From NCBI GenBank assembly GCA_026389535.1, contig JAPLHR010000079.1, positions 1-50,191 of the forward strand: a stretch of 50,191 nucleotides of DNA, in the 5' to 3' direction. A program made the position numbers and the translations under genes. Shown one piece after another: positions 31,045 to 39,309 of the stretch. Positions within the stretch are counted from its first letter, which is position 1. The number at the start of each line of letters is the position of its first letter. The notes below the pieces were generated by a model. The model had not been told where the DNA came from, did not search any database, and saw nothing but the letters and a program-made list of their open reading frames with translations. This DNA comes from Chloroflexota bacterium (GTDB lineage Bacteria > Chloroflexota > Limnocylindria > Limnocylindrales > Limnocylindraceae).

Positions 31045-31931
31045 CTGCGCTTCGCCCCCAGCGTCATCTGCTGCGCGCGCGGTGCAGTCTCACCAAAAAG
31101 TCGGGTAGCAAGCGCATCCACCACCGAAGGATCCCCTGTCGTGAAGATCTGATGCGCTGGAAGCACGGGCGCTGAGGCTGGCGCGGAGTGTCCAAGGTGG
31201 CCGGGGTCGGCCGCCGTCCCGCGGCTCGATCCTGGAGCCTCAAGCCCATTCACCGCGATGATCTCTTGAAGGAAGCTTGCCGTTGCTGCGGCGGAATCAA
31301 CCACAGCAATTGGGGCACCGAGCGCCGCATCAATTGCACCGCGAATCAACGGGAAGTGGGTGCAGCCGAGCAGTAGGGTGTCGACGCGCTCGCTCGGCTC
31401 ACCAGCGAGAAACGGGTCGATCGCCGCGTGGATGGCGTCGCTCATCTCTTTCGTGTTCGTGAGACCTGACTCAATGAGCGGAACAAGTTCAGAGGCGGCT
31501 CGCTCAGTCACCCGCGTGCCAGGATTCTCATCTTTGATGGCGGCAAAGTAGGCACGCGACCGAACGGTTGCAATGGTAGCCAACACGCCGACCCGGCCGG
31601 TGCGTGTCGCCAGCGCCGCCGCCGCCGCTCCCGGTCGGACCACGCCAATGATCGGCGTTGACGGGTGCCGCTCACGAAGATGCTCGAGCGCGACGGCCGT
31701 CGCGGTATTGCAGGCGATGATGATCGCCTTTACGCCGCGTGCCACCAGTTCGTCGCTGAGCTCTTCGGCAAAGGTGCGCACTTCAGCGTCACTCCGGGTG
31801 CCGTATGGATGACGGGCGCTATCGCCGATGTAGATGGTGGATTCGGCTGGAAGGCGCGCCTGCACTTCACGCAGAACGGTGAGGCCGCCGATCCCTGAAT
31901 CGAAGAGCCCGATTGGGCGTGGGTCACTCAT
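31041..31931 (-). CDS. murI: Glutamate racemase
   Basis: FDSGIGGLTV, PYG, IACNTA, LGCTHF. Confidence 0.95.
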   Translation of the reverse strand: MSDPRPIGLFDSGIGGLTVLREVQARLPAESTIYIGDSARHPYGTRSDAEVRTFAEELSDELVARGVKAIIIACNTATAVALEHLRERHPSTPIIGVVRPGAAAAALATRTGRVGVLATIATVRSRAYFAAIKDENPGTRVTERAASELVPLIESGLTNTKEMSDAIHAAIDPFLAGEPSERVDTLLLGCTHFPLIRGAIDAALGAPIAVVDSAAATASFLQEIIAVNGLEAPGSSRGTAADPGHLGHSAPASAPVLPAHQIFTTGDPSVVDALATRLFGETAPRAQQMTLGAKRS

Positions 31932-32706
31932 GCGCTGACCGTAGCAGCCAGCGCAGACGATCGTCGGCGCCGACCCTCGTCACGCGTAGGCCTGCCGCGG
32001 CGGCGAGGGCTCGCACCTCATCCGGCTGCCAGGCACGAATCGCGAATGGAGCTCGGTCGGGATAGATCACCGTAAGGCGGCCGTCTACCCCCACCGCCCG
32101 ATGCCGAATCTCCAGTAGGACGGTGTTGCTGCGCGCCTGCGGGTCGGGCGTAATGCGGCTTTCACGTCGCACCGTTGTGAAATCAGCGTCTGCACGCTCT
32201 AGATCAACGCTCCACTCACCCTCGACCTCATCCGTGAACAGCTGCGGGTCCATCAGCGTGGCGTCAATCCCCACCTGCCCACCAGGTGCGCAGTGCAGCG
32301 CCGCTGTTCGTAAGAGCGCTTCAAGGTCAGCGGGCGCGGTGATCAGCGAGAGCAGATCGCCGCCAATAATCACCAAACTTGCTGCGGTCGCTTCGTGACG
32401 CCAGGTTCGTCCATCGGCAGCGATCCATTCGGCGGCAGCGGCGCGCTCAGCGGCCAGGGCGAGGGCGGCCAGATCGAGATCAATGCCGATCAGCTGCCGT
32501 TCGCTGGAGTCGAGAGCGGTCAAGACGCGACCTGCCCCGCAGCCGATCTCCAGGATGGGACCAGTTGACTCCGCCGCTACACCCCGCCAATACGCCAGAT
32601 CACCGTCGGCGGCGGATGTGAGGTCACGTTCGTCGGCGAGCAGGCGGTTTCGTACCTCAGACGCAGTTTCGCTGGATGCGGTTTCGCTCAGCGGGAGGGT
32701 TCCCAA
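31924..32706 (-). CDS. Class I SAM-dependent methyltransferase
   Basis: GPILEIGCGAGRV, IGIDLD, ADGR, PGGQV. Confidence 0.8.
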   Translation of the reverse strand: MGTLPLSETASSETASEVRNRLLADERDLTSAADGDLAYWRGVAAESTGPILEIGCGAGRVLTALDSSERQLIGIDLDLAALALAAERAAAAEWIAADGRTWRHEATAASLVIIGGDLLSLITAPADLEALLRTAALHCAPGGQVGIDATLMDPQLFTDEVEGEWSVDLERADADFTTVRRESRITPDPQARSNTVLLEIRHRAVGVDGRLTVIYPDRAPFAIRAWQPDEVRALAAAAGLRVTRVGADDRLRWLLRSAHE

Positions 32707-33758
32707 CGAATCGTCTCGCCGGACTCCTTACGCTTCGCCAGCGCGCTAATCACCTCAAGTGCGGCACGGTTGGCGATCATCGCCGTTGACTCGGCCCAGT
32801 CATACGGTGGTGAGACCTCAACGATGTCCATTCCTGCGATCGGGACCTGTGCCGCAATCTGGCGGAGGCCACGGAGCAACTCGCGAGAGAGCATCCCGCC
32901 CGGCTCTGGTGTGCCCGTTCCTGGCGCGAGGCCCGGATCGACCACATCAATATCAAGGCTGATCCAGATCGCATCTGGGCCGTCGAGCGCCTCGGCGATG
33001 GCGGTTGCGATGACCGCCTCTGAGCCACGCTCCTCGATCTCGGTCATGAAGTGACTGCGCATGCCGTGCTCGCGCGTCCAAGCGAGTGTCTCTTTATCAG
33101 GAAAGTAGCCGCGCAGGCCGACCTGCACAAAGTTCTTGCCGAGCACCGCGCCAGACTCGATCAGGCGCCGCATTGGCGAACCGTGGCTGTGCAGCGAGCC
33201 GTAGCCATCAATGGAGGCGTCGGCGTGGGCATCAAAGTGCAGGATGCCGATGCGCTGCGGCCAGCGCATCTCGGCAATCGCTGTTGCGTTGGGCCACGTG
33301 ATGGAGTGATCGCCACCGAGCACGATGGGGATCGCACCAGTCTCAGCAACCTCACGAACCTTGCGGTAGATGGCGCCGTGTCCGTGCTCGAGTCGTCCTG
33401 GGTAAACCAGGGCGTCACCCGCATCAACGGCGGTGAGGGCGACAAACGGCTCAACGCCCACCTGCAGTGAGTGCAGGGTGCCAGTTTGGTATTGCGCCTC
33501 ACGGATGGCGCGAGGGCCGAAGCGTGTGCCGGGACGATGGGTGACCGCATCATCAAACGGTGCGCCGATGATGGCGATGTCGGCCTTGCGACGACGGATC
33601 TCAGCCACATCCTCAACCCACGGGAGTTGAGCGAAGCTGACCGGTCCCGCATACGAGGGGCGATCGAGTGGGTCGCGCTGCTCTGGGGTGCCGCTCCAGC
33701 CGAGCGCGGCGAGAGAGGCGGCGAAGGGTGGGGTATTCGGGCTCATATTGGTCACCAT
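32688..33758 (-). CDS. speB: Agmatinase/guanidinobutyrase-family ureohydrolase
   Basis: RPGTRFGP, GGDHSIT, HFDAHAD, HGSP, SLDIDVVDP..APGTGTPEPGG, DIVEVSP. Start is either 33758 or 33746; exact substrate is uncertain. Confidence 0.8.
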   Translation of the reverse strand: MVTNMSPNTPPFAASLAALGWSGTPEQRDPLDRPSYAGPVSFAQLPWVEDVAEIRRRKADIAIIGAPFDDAVTHRPGTRFGPRAIREAQYQTGTLHSLQVGVEPFVALTAVDAGDALVYPGRLEHGHGAIYRKVREVAETGAIPIVLGGDHSITWPNATAIAEMRWPQRIGILHFDAHADASIDGYGSLHSHGSPMRRLIESGAVLGKNFVQVGLRGYFPDKETLAWTREHGMRSHFMTEIEERGSEAVIATAIAEALDGPDAIWISLDIDVVDPGLAPGTGTPEPGGMLSRELLRGLRQIAAQVPIAGMDIVEVSPPYDWAESTAMIANRAALEVISALAKRKESGETIRWEPSR

Positions 33759-33810
33759 CTATCTCAGATGCGCCGCCGGTGCGAGCCGACGTCCAGCAGG
33801 GCGCGTGGCA

Positions 33811-33816
33811 ATCCTA
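33811..33816 (-). promoter_or_regulatory. -10 box TAGGAT upstream of the agmatinase leader
   Basis: Same hexamer as other promoters here; predicts a TSS near 33804. Confidence 0.5.
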
Positions 33817-33842
33817 CACCCCTCGAAGGGGAGATTCGAGGC

Positions 33843-34355
33843 CTAGACCGAGTCGATCTCACTCCGTGAAATTGCCGCCTCAGCCACGACCACAAGGGCG
33901 ACGGCGATTAGCAGCCCGGTCGGTCCACCGAGGCTAATAATGCGCAGGGCGAGGTAGCCACCGATCAGGGCCCCCGCGAACAACCCGCGCCGCACGCACC
34001 GCCGTCGGCGTACCCGCCAGACGCCTGGATGCCCCTGAAAGGAGCGCAACAGAAGAAGCCCCGTGATCCCGAGCGTCACGGTGAGAGCCAGCGCACCCGC
34101 AACGGCAAGGGCGCGCGTCGGTTCGTCAACGGGATCAATCGTGAGCGCTCCGGCAATAGTGACCAGCGCCGCAATCAGCGCGCCTAGGCCGAGGAGGCGG
34201 ATGAGCCGCTGATCTCCGGCGGGGATGCGTGGTGGTGTGGGAGCCGCGGCGGCGGTGCGCAACACCTTCCCCGCGAACGGCGTAGCTGGCTGTTGATCGA
34301 GCGGCAGCTCAAGCTGCTCAGCAGCGCTGCGCCGCTCTCCATCACGGAGCGTCAT
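33843..34355 (-). CDS. Hypothetical membrane protein (about 4 TM)
   Basis: Four hydrophobic stretches separated by an Arg-rich loop; ATGA-coupled to the helicase gene. Confidence 0.7.
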   Translation of the reverse strand: MTLRDGERRSAAEQLELPLDQQPATPFAGKVLRTAAAAPTPPRIPAGDQRLIRLLGLGALIAALVTIAGALTIDPVDEPTRALAVAGALALTVTLGITGLLLLRSFQGHPGVWRVRRRRCVRRGLFAGALIGGYLALRIISLGGPTGLLIAVALVVVAEAAISRSEIDSV

Positions 34356-37300
34356 GCGGGCCGCCCCGCCGGAGCCTTCGATGCTGGGCAGAGCTCACGG
34401 TACGAGCAGTAGGTGCAGGTCATCAACTCTGGCTTTGGATCCATGACGCCAGCCAGGATCCCCTCCGCTGCAACCACGATCAGTTCGCGCGCCTTCACGA
34501 TGCGCTTCGGTTCTACCGGCACGGTGGCAACACGGCCGGTGTCGAGGAAGCGCAGGCTCACCTCGTCGGGGAGGCGCCCCGTTACAGCGCGCCAAGCCAG
34601 CGCGTAGAGCTGCAGCTGGAGTGACTCTTTCGCCCGCTTACGGCTCGCGTCGTCATCATCGCGTCCGCCGGTCTTGTAATCGCTGACCACCACCCACTCA
34701 TCGTCACCGAGCGGCAGGGTTGGGCGCACAACGTCACCCGGCACATCAATGGTCGGAATCGGAGCGCTGCGACCCTCGGGTGGGAGCGCCTGCACATCAA
34801 CGCGATCCCAACGGCCGCGAATCTTATGCCCACCAAGTTCAAACGAGAAGTCTTTCTCAACGTAAGCCGGCGCGTGACCTGTTGCGATCTCCTCACTGCG
34901 GAATCGTGCGATCGCCTCCTGAGCCGCCGTATGGCGGGCCTCTTCGTGGCTGCGCGAGAGGAAGCCCGCACTCTGCCAACTGCGCTCAAGTGCGGCATAA
35001 AGCTCGTCGAGTTGCGGGGGTGCTCCCACCATCTGCCCGCGATGGAACTCGGCAACGGCGGCGTGCATCGCAGCGCCGTACGTTGCAGAGTGATGCGGTG
35101 GCAGCGGAATGCGGAGGCGTTGCTGATAGTGGTAGCGCAGCGGGCAGGCAATGAAGGCCTCGATCGCCGTAAAGCTCAAGGTGAGTGGCGCACTCTCCCC
35201 CGCCCCAGGTTCGCGCACGGGGAGAACCGGGAGTGGTGGAGCGACAATCGCGAGGCCATCAATTTTGGAGGTCGGCTCACCGGTTAACGGAAACTCCTCA
35301 AGTTGCTCTCGACTGAGGTCGAGTGCCTCGGCAACAAATCGGCTGACCTTGCGCGGACGGACGCCACCACTGCTCCGCTCTGCAGCGGTAAGGGCCAAGC
35401 GTTCGCACGCCCTAGTCAGTGCGACATAGGCGAGGCGTCGCTCCTCGCGTAGCGCCTCTTCGTCCGCCTCGGTTGGTCCATCTGGGGCACGAGGGTCGCG
35501 CGGCACCACATCATCAGAGCCGCCGAGCTCTGCAGCGAGCGCGAGGCGCGGCGGTCGACCCTTGGCCGGGAAGCGCCCCTCAACGAGGTTCGCAGCAAAG
35601 ACGACGGGAAACTCGAGTCCCTTCGCCTGGTGAATCGTGAGGAGCGCGACCGCATCAAGGTCGGGATCAACATCAGCGGCCGACGGATCATCCCCCGCCT
35701 CACCGAGCTCCTCGAGGTAGCGCACCAAGAATGGGGCGCGATCGAGCTCCAGCAGTCGGCTGCGGGAGCGCACCACATCGAAGAGGCGTCCGATGTTGCG
35801 AATGCGCTCATCGGACTCGGGAGTTGCTTCGCGGGTGAGCTCGGCAAGCAGGCCCGACTCACGCAGCCAGCGATAGAGCACCTCACCACTCGTGCGCTCG
35901 ACACTCTCTTGCACCACCCCAGCGAGGCGTTCCAAGAGTCGCTCGGTGGCCTCATGCCCCGCCCCAACCGTTGCGAGGCTCTCCCGCAGCGAGAGATGAT
36001 CGCGGCGCGACTTCCCGACCGCAGCGGCCAGGATCGTGGGTGGCACCTTGAAGCGCGACTCTGCGACGATCAGGAAGAGTGGTGCTGCGGCATCTGGGTC
36101 GGCCGCATGGCGTAGGCCCGCCAAGAGGAGGCGCACCTCGGGGCGATCGTAGAGTCCGGCAGCGCCGCTCGAACGCCACGGAATACCGAGCATGTTGAGG
36201 CTGCGCCCAATCTCCACGCTGTCAACGTTCGCCCGCACGAGCACCGCGTGATCGCGGGCTCGCCGACCCCCCGCGATGGCGTCGCGGATCTCTGACGCGA
36301 TCCAATCGGCCTCGTTCGCCGTGGTACGGAATCGGCGGAAGGTGACGGGAGGCGCATCGCCGGGCATCCCCTCTGGGGTGAGCTCCTTTGAGATGCCGAG
36401 GCGTACCTCGAGCCGATGCGGATCATTGAAGCGAATGAGGCGTCGTGCGGCTGTGAGCACGGAGCCCGTGCTGCGGTAGTTCTTGGTCAAGACCACTTTG
36501 CTCGCATCGGGGTACCGCTCGGTGAAGTTCAGGATGTTGCTGATCGCCGCCCCACGGAAGCGATAGATCGACTGGTCGTCATCGCCGACGACGGTGAGAT
36601 TGCGCCGTCCATCGGAGAGGAGATCGACTAGCGCCCCCTGCAGTCGATTCGTATCTTGGTACTCGTCAACCAAGATCCAACGGTGCTGTTCCCGTGCTCG
36701 TGCGGCAACTAGGGGGTCATCACGCAGCAGCTCATAGGCGCGCAACACCTGATCCCCAAAATCGAGCAGGCCGCGCTCATTCAGAATTGTTCGATAGGTG
36801 CGCAGCGCCGCGCTCAGCTCCCCATGCTCGGTGGCGAGGAGGTCCACCGCATCGGCATACGAGGCAAGCTTCCGCTGGAGTTCAAGGTCGGCGGTTGAGG
36901 TGGCGGCGCTTCGTGCTTTGCCAGCCCGCTCCTGAAGATCTGCAGCAAACTTCTGAATCTCATCGGGACCGAGCGCCTCATCCTTGGCGCGCGAGAAGTA
37001 GCCGGCGATGTCGCTGAGAAAACGCGTCGGATCTCCGAGCGGCAAGAATCGCTTGAGGCCGAGTTCAAAGAGGTGCTCACGAAGCAGGAGCACCACCTCG
37101 GCGCGCCCAAGAACACGCAACTCGCCGGAGAGGCCGAGCCGATGTGCATTGGCGCGGAGTAGTTCATCGCCCCAGGCGTGGAAGGTTTTGATTGGGGTCG
37201 TGGCGTATCCGTAGGGAACGAGGCGGTCGACGCGCCCCTGCATCTCCTCCGCCGCACGCTCCGTGAAGGTGAGTGCCAAGATCTCTTCTGGCTCGGCGCG

Positions 37301-37546
37301 CTTCTCGGCGATGAGCCAGGCCACGCGGCGCGTGATGACCTGGGTCTTCCCTGTGCCCGCACCGGCGACAACGAGGAGCGGGCCCTCACCGTGCGTCACG
37401 GCGGCGTACTGCTCGTCGTTTAGATCATCAACGAGGTGGGCGATCGTTGGCGTTGGTGCCGTAGGGCGTTTCGGCGTAATCCCTGACCAGACTGGGAGTT
37501 GTGATCCCCCTTCGCGCTCGCCCGCACCCGAGGCGCGCGACGTCAC
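34352..37546 (-). CDS. UvrD/PcrA-type helicase fused to a C-terminal PD-(D/E)XK (RecB/AddB-like) nuclease
   Basis: AGAGTGKT, LTFT, VDEYQD, VGDDDQSIYRFRGA, NYRS, TIHQAKGLEF, EERRLAYVALTRA; nuclease CPLRY...RGRWDRVD...DYKTG...QLQLY...CTYCSYRELC. Confidence 0.92.
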   Translation of the reverse strand: MTSRASGAGEREGGSQLPVWSGITPKRPTAPTPTIAHLVDDLNDEQYAAVTHGEGPLLVVAGAGTGKTQVITRRVAWLIAEKRAEPEEILALTFTERAAEEMQGRVDRLVPYGYATTPIKTFHAWGDELLRANAHRLGLSGELRVLGRAEVVLLLREHLFELGLKRFLPLGDPTRFLSDIAGYFSRAKDEALGPDEIQKFAADLQERAGKARSAATSTADLELQRKLASYADAVDLLATEHGELSAALRTYRTILNERGLLDFGDQVLRAYELLRDDPLVAARAREQHRWILVDEYQDTNRLQGALVDLLSDGRRNLTVVGDDDQSIYRFRGAAISNILNFTERYPDASKVVLTKNYRSTGSVLTAARRLIRFNDPHRLEVRLGISKELTPEGMPGDAPPVTFRRFRTTANEADWIASEIRDAIAGGRRARDHAVLVRANVDSVEIGRSLNMLGIPWRSSGAAGLYDRPEVRLLLAGLRHAADPDAAAPLFLIVAESRFKVPPTILAAAVGKSRRDHLSLRESLATVGAGHEATERLLERLAGVVQESVERTSGEVLYRWLRESGLLAELTREATPESDERIRNIGRLFDVVRSRSRLLELDRAPFLVRYLEELGEAGDDPSAADVDPDLDAVALLTIHQAKGLEFPVVFAANLVEGRFPAKGRPPRLALAAELGGSDDVVPRDPRAPDGPTEADEEALREERRLAYVALTRACERLALTAAERSSGGVRPRKVSRFVAEALDLSREQLEEFPLTGEPTSKIDGLAIVAPPLPVLPVREPGAGESAPLTLSFTAIEAFIACPLRYHYQQRLRIPLPPHHSATYGAAMHAAVAEFHRGQMVGAPPQLDELYAALERSWQSAGFLSRSHEEARHTAAQEAIARFRSEEIATGHAPAYVEKDFSFELGGHKIRGRWDRVDVQALPPEGRSAPIPTIDVPGDVVRPTLPLGDDEWVVVSDYKTGGRDDDDASRKRAKESLQLQLYALAWRAVTGRLPDEVSLRFLDTGRVATVPVEPKRIVKARELIVVAAEGILAGVMDPKPELMTCTYCSYRELCPASKAPAGRPA

Positions 37547-38046
37547 CGTTGTGGAGCGCTGTAGGCGGGCTGTGCCAAGGCGGCAGCGATTGCCGCCGAC
37601 TCCTCAGCGCCCAGGGTCCCCTCGCCCCGACCCTCAATGACGCGCTTCACATAGATGCGTGTGCCGACTCGAGCATGCAGCGCGGTGATCACGACGCCAC
37701 TCCCCACCGCATCAAGCAGCGCCAGCGCAGAGCTTTGGCCGCCGCCGACATCTTCGAAGGCCTGGAACTGGATGAGGCCCATACGACTCATTGCGCCAGG
37801 GGCGGCCGCCTCAAGGGCGGTGAGGCGCGTCCCCGCCACCTGCGACGAGACCCCCTGCTCGGCAACCCGCTCGAGCACCTGGGCGAATCGCTGCTCGGCG
37901 CTCAACACGTCACTCCCTGAGACCAGCGCTGCGTAGTCGGCGCGGAGACGGCGTAGGTTACGGATCGAGATCAGGGCGACGAGGAGCGCGAGCAGGGCAA
38001 CGAGCACCCCGGCGACGCCGATTTCAAGGAGCACTTGGCTATCCAC
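37543..38046 (-). CDS. DUF4446-family membrane-anchored protein
   Basis: N-terminal TM, coiled-coil, GLIQFQAFEDVGGGQSSALALLD, TRIYVK, LGAEE. Confidence 0.8.
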   Translation of the reverse strand: MDSQVLLEIGVAGVLVALLALLVALISIRNLRRLRADYAALVSGSDVLSAEQRFAQVLERVAEQGVSSQVAGTRLTALEAAAPGAMSRMGLIQFQAFEDVGGGQSSALALLDAVGSGVVITALHARVGTRIYVKRVIEGRGEGTLGAEESAAIAAALAQPAYSAPQR

Positions 38047-38052
38047 GGCTGC

Positions 38053-38058
38053 ATCCTA
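38053..38058 (-). promoter_or_regulatory. -10 box TAGGAT 6 nt before GTG 38046 (leaderless)
   Basis: TAGGAT-gcagcc-GTG. Confidence 0.6.
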
Positions 38059-38124
38059 TCAGCCCTCGCCGCCCCCTCAACCTGGGTCAGGTATCCTCTG
38101 GCAACAGCCCTGTAAGGAGGAGTC

Positions 38125-38460
38125 ATGGCTAAACGAGAGAAGCGCTTCCGCCCCGACCAGCGCCCGAAGCTGAAGTCGCATGCCGACGCGCCCAAGCGTG
38201 GTCTCACCCCCGCCGAGGAGGCCGCTGCGGCCGCCTATGAGGCGACGCTCGTCGCCCCGAAGAGCACCATCATTACGGGTACCTCTGCACCAATTGGTAG
38301 CCGGGTCGCATCGACACAGCGACTCACCGCCGAGATCGCCGCAGAGATGCCCGTCGTGCAACGAGACCTTCGCCGCATCTTGCTGACGTACGGCGCGATG
38401 CTCCTACTGCTTGCCGCAATCTGGTTCGTCGCGACCACAACCGGCTTCGTCGCCGCCTAG
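38125..38460 (+). CDS. Hypothetical small protein with a C-terminal TM helix
   Basis: Strong SD AAGGAGG at 38114-38120 and TATCCT at 38092-38097; basic N-terminus; RDLRRI followed by a hydrophobic helix. Confidence 0.75.
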   Translation: MAKREKRFRPDQRPKLKSHADAPKRGLTPAEEAAAAAYEATLVAPKSTIITGTSAPIGSRVASTQRLTAEIAAEMPVVQRDLRRILLTYGAMLLLLAAIWFVATTTGFVAA

Positions 38461-38484
38461 TTCGGAGCCGCAACCCTCCGCCGC

Positions 38485-39238
38485 TTACGGCGCCAACACC
38501 TCGTCCATGAAGCTGCGACTCTTCGGCTCAGTGCCGAAGAGGAGATGCACAGCAACGCGCAGGGCCCAACTCACCTCTCGTTGGGGGGCGGGAGGCAGCG
38601 CGAGCGAAACCAACTCCTCTGGCGCAAAACGTCGCAGTGCTCGCATCAGTCGCAACGCATCACTGGAGAACGCTCCCCCAAGTGCATGTGATGCGCAGCG
38701 GATGCCGGCACCCTCCTCATCCCAGCGGAGGGCCTCGCCCGCAATGGGCGCCCGCCCGCACTCAAGGCAGACGTCGAGCTCTGGGCCCTGCCCAGAGGCG
38801 TCAAGGAGTGCCAGCTCAGCCCAGCGCGCCCGCCACGAGCGCATCGGGTGCGCCGGACTCGAGAAGATCCCAGGCGCGAATGAGCAGCTCGTACAGTTCG
38901 GGCTCGGGCTGCTCATCGCTCGTTCCTCGTTCGACCAACTCGGCGACGTACCAGGCGACCGCCGCACTGCCGAGTCGACCGCGCAGGCCGAGCCAGACTC
39001 GTACGCTGCGAACCTGGGTCACGGTATCAAAGGTTCTCCCCGCGATGAGGGCGAGGTCTAGTTCGGCGAAGGGCTCTACCCCGCCCCCGAGCCGGCTGGT
39101 TGGCTTGCGGACCCCCTTGGCGATCGCTTTGAACTTGCCGCGTGTCGCGGAGAGGAGGGTGAGCACGCGATCGGCTTCGCCGAGGCGGAAGCGGGAGGTG
39201 ACGACGGCCAGCGACGTAGTGCTTTGACGTGCAGGCAT
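38485..39238 (-). pseudogene. recO: DNA repair protein RecO, split by a frameshift
   Basis: N-half (GEADRVLTL, AIAKGVRKPTSRLGG..EPF) is in ORF 38816-39238; C-half (RWAELALL..G..PELDVCLECG...C) is in another frame. A tandem CGCC-CGCC lies at 38827-38834, at the frame switch. Confidence 0.85.
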
Positions 39239-39245
39239 GATGCGC

Positions 39246-39255
39246 AGGGTAGCAT
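39246..39255. promoter_or_regulatory. Extended -10 TGC-TACCCT (minus, 7 nt before the recO ATG) overlapping a plus-strand TAGCAT
   Basis: Located in the divergent recO/prenyltransferase gap. Confidence 0.5.
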
Positions 39256-39309
39256 TGCCCTACAACCGCGCCGCGTTCAAACGCGCCGGGCAAGAGGTGA
39301 GGGGGGCGC

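Noticed and set aside
32688-33758. Guanidine hydrolase (GdmH) call
   Set aside because: The motifs HFDAHAD, HGSP and GTPEPGG are the canonical agmatinase/guanidinobutyrase type; no Ni-chaperone genes or clear guanidine riboswitch are adjacent.
34352-35180. Cas4-like nuclease indicating a CRISPR or defence system
   Set aside because: It is the C-terminal domain of a UvrD helicase (Add/Adn-like); no cas1/cas2 or array is present.
38485-38967. Independent 160-aa gene, or programmed frameshifting in recO
   Set aside because: Its 5' part is an off-frame reading of recO, and no slippery heptamer is visible; a 4-bp duplication explains the split.
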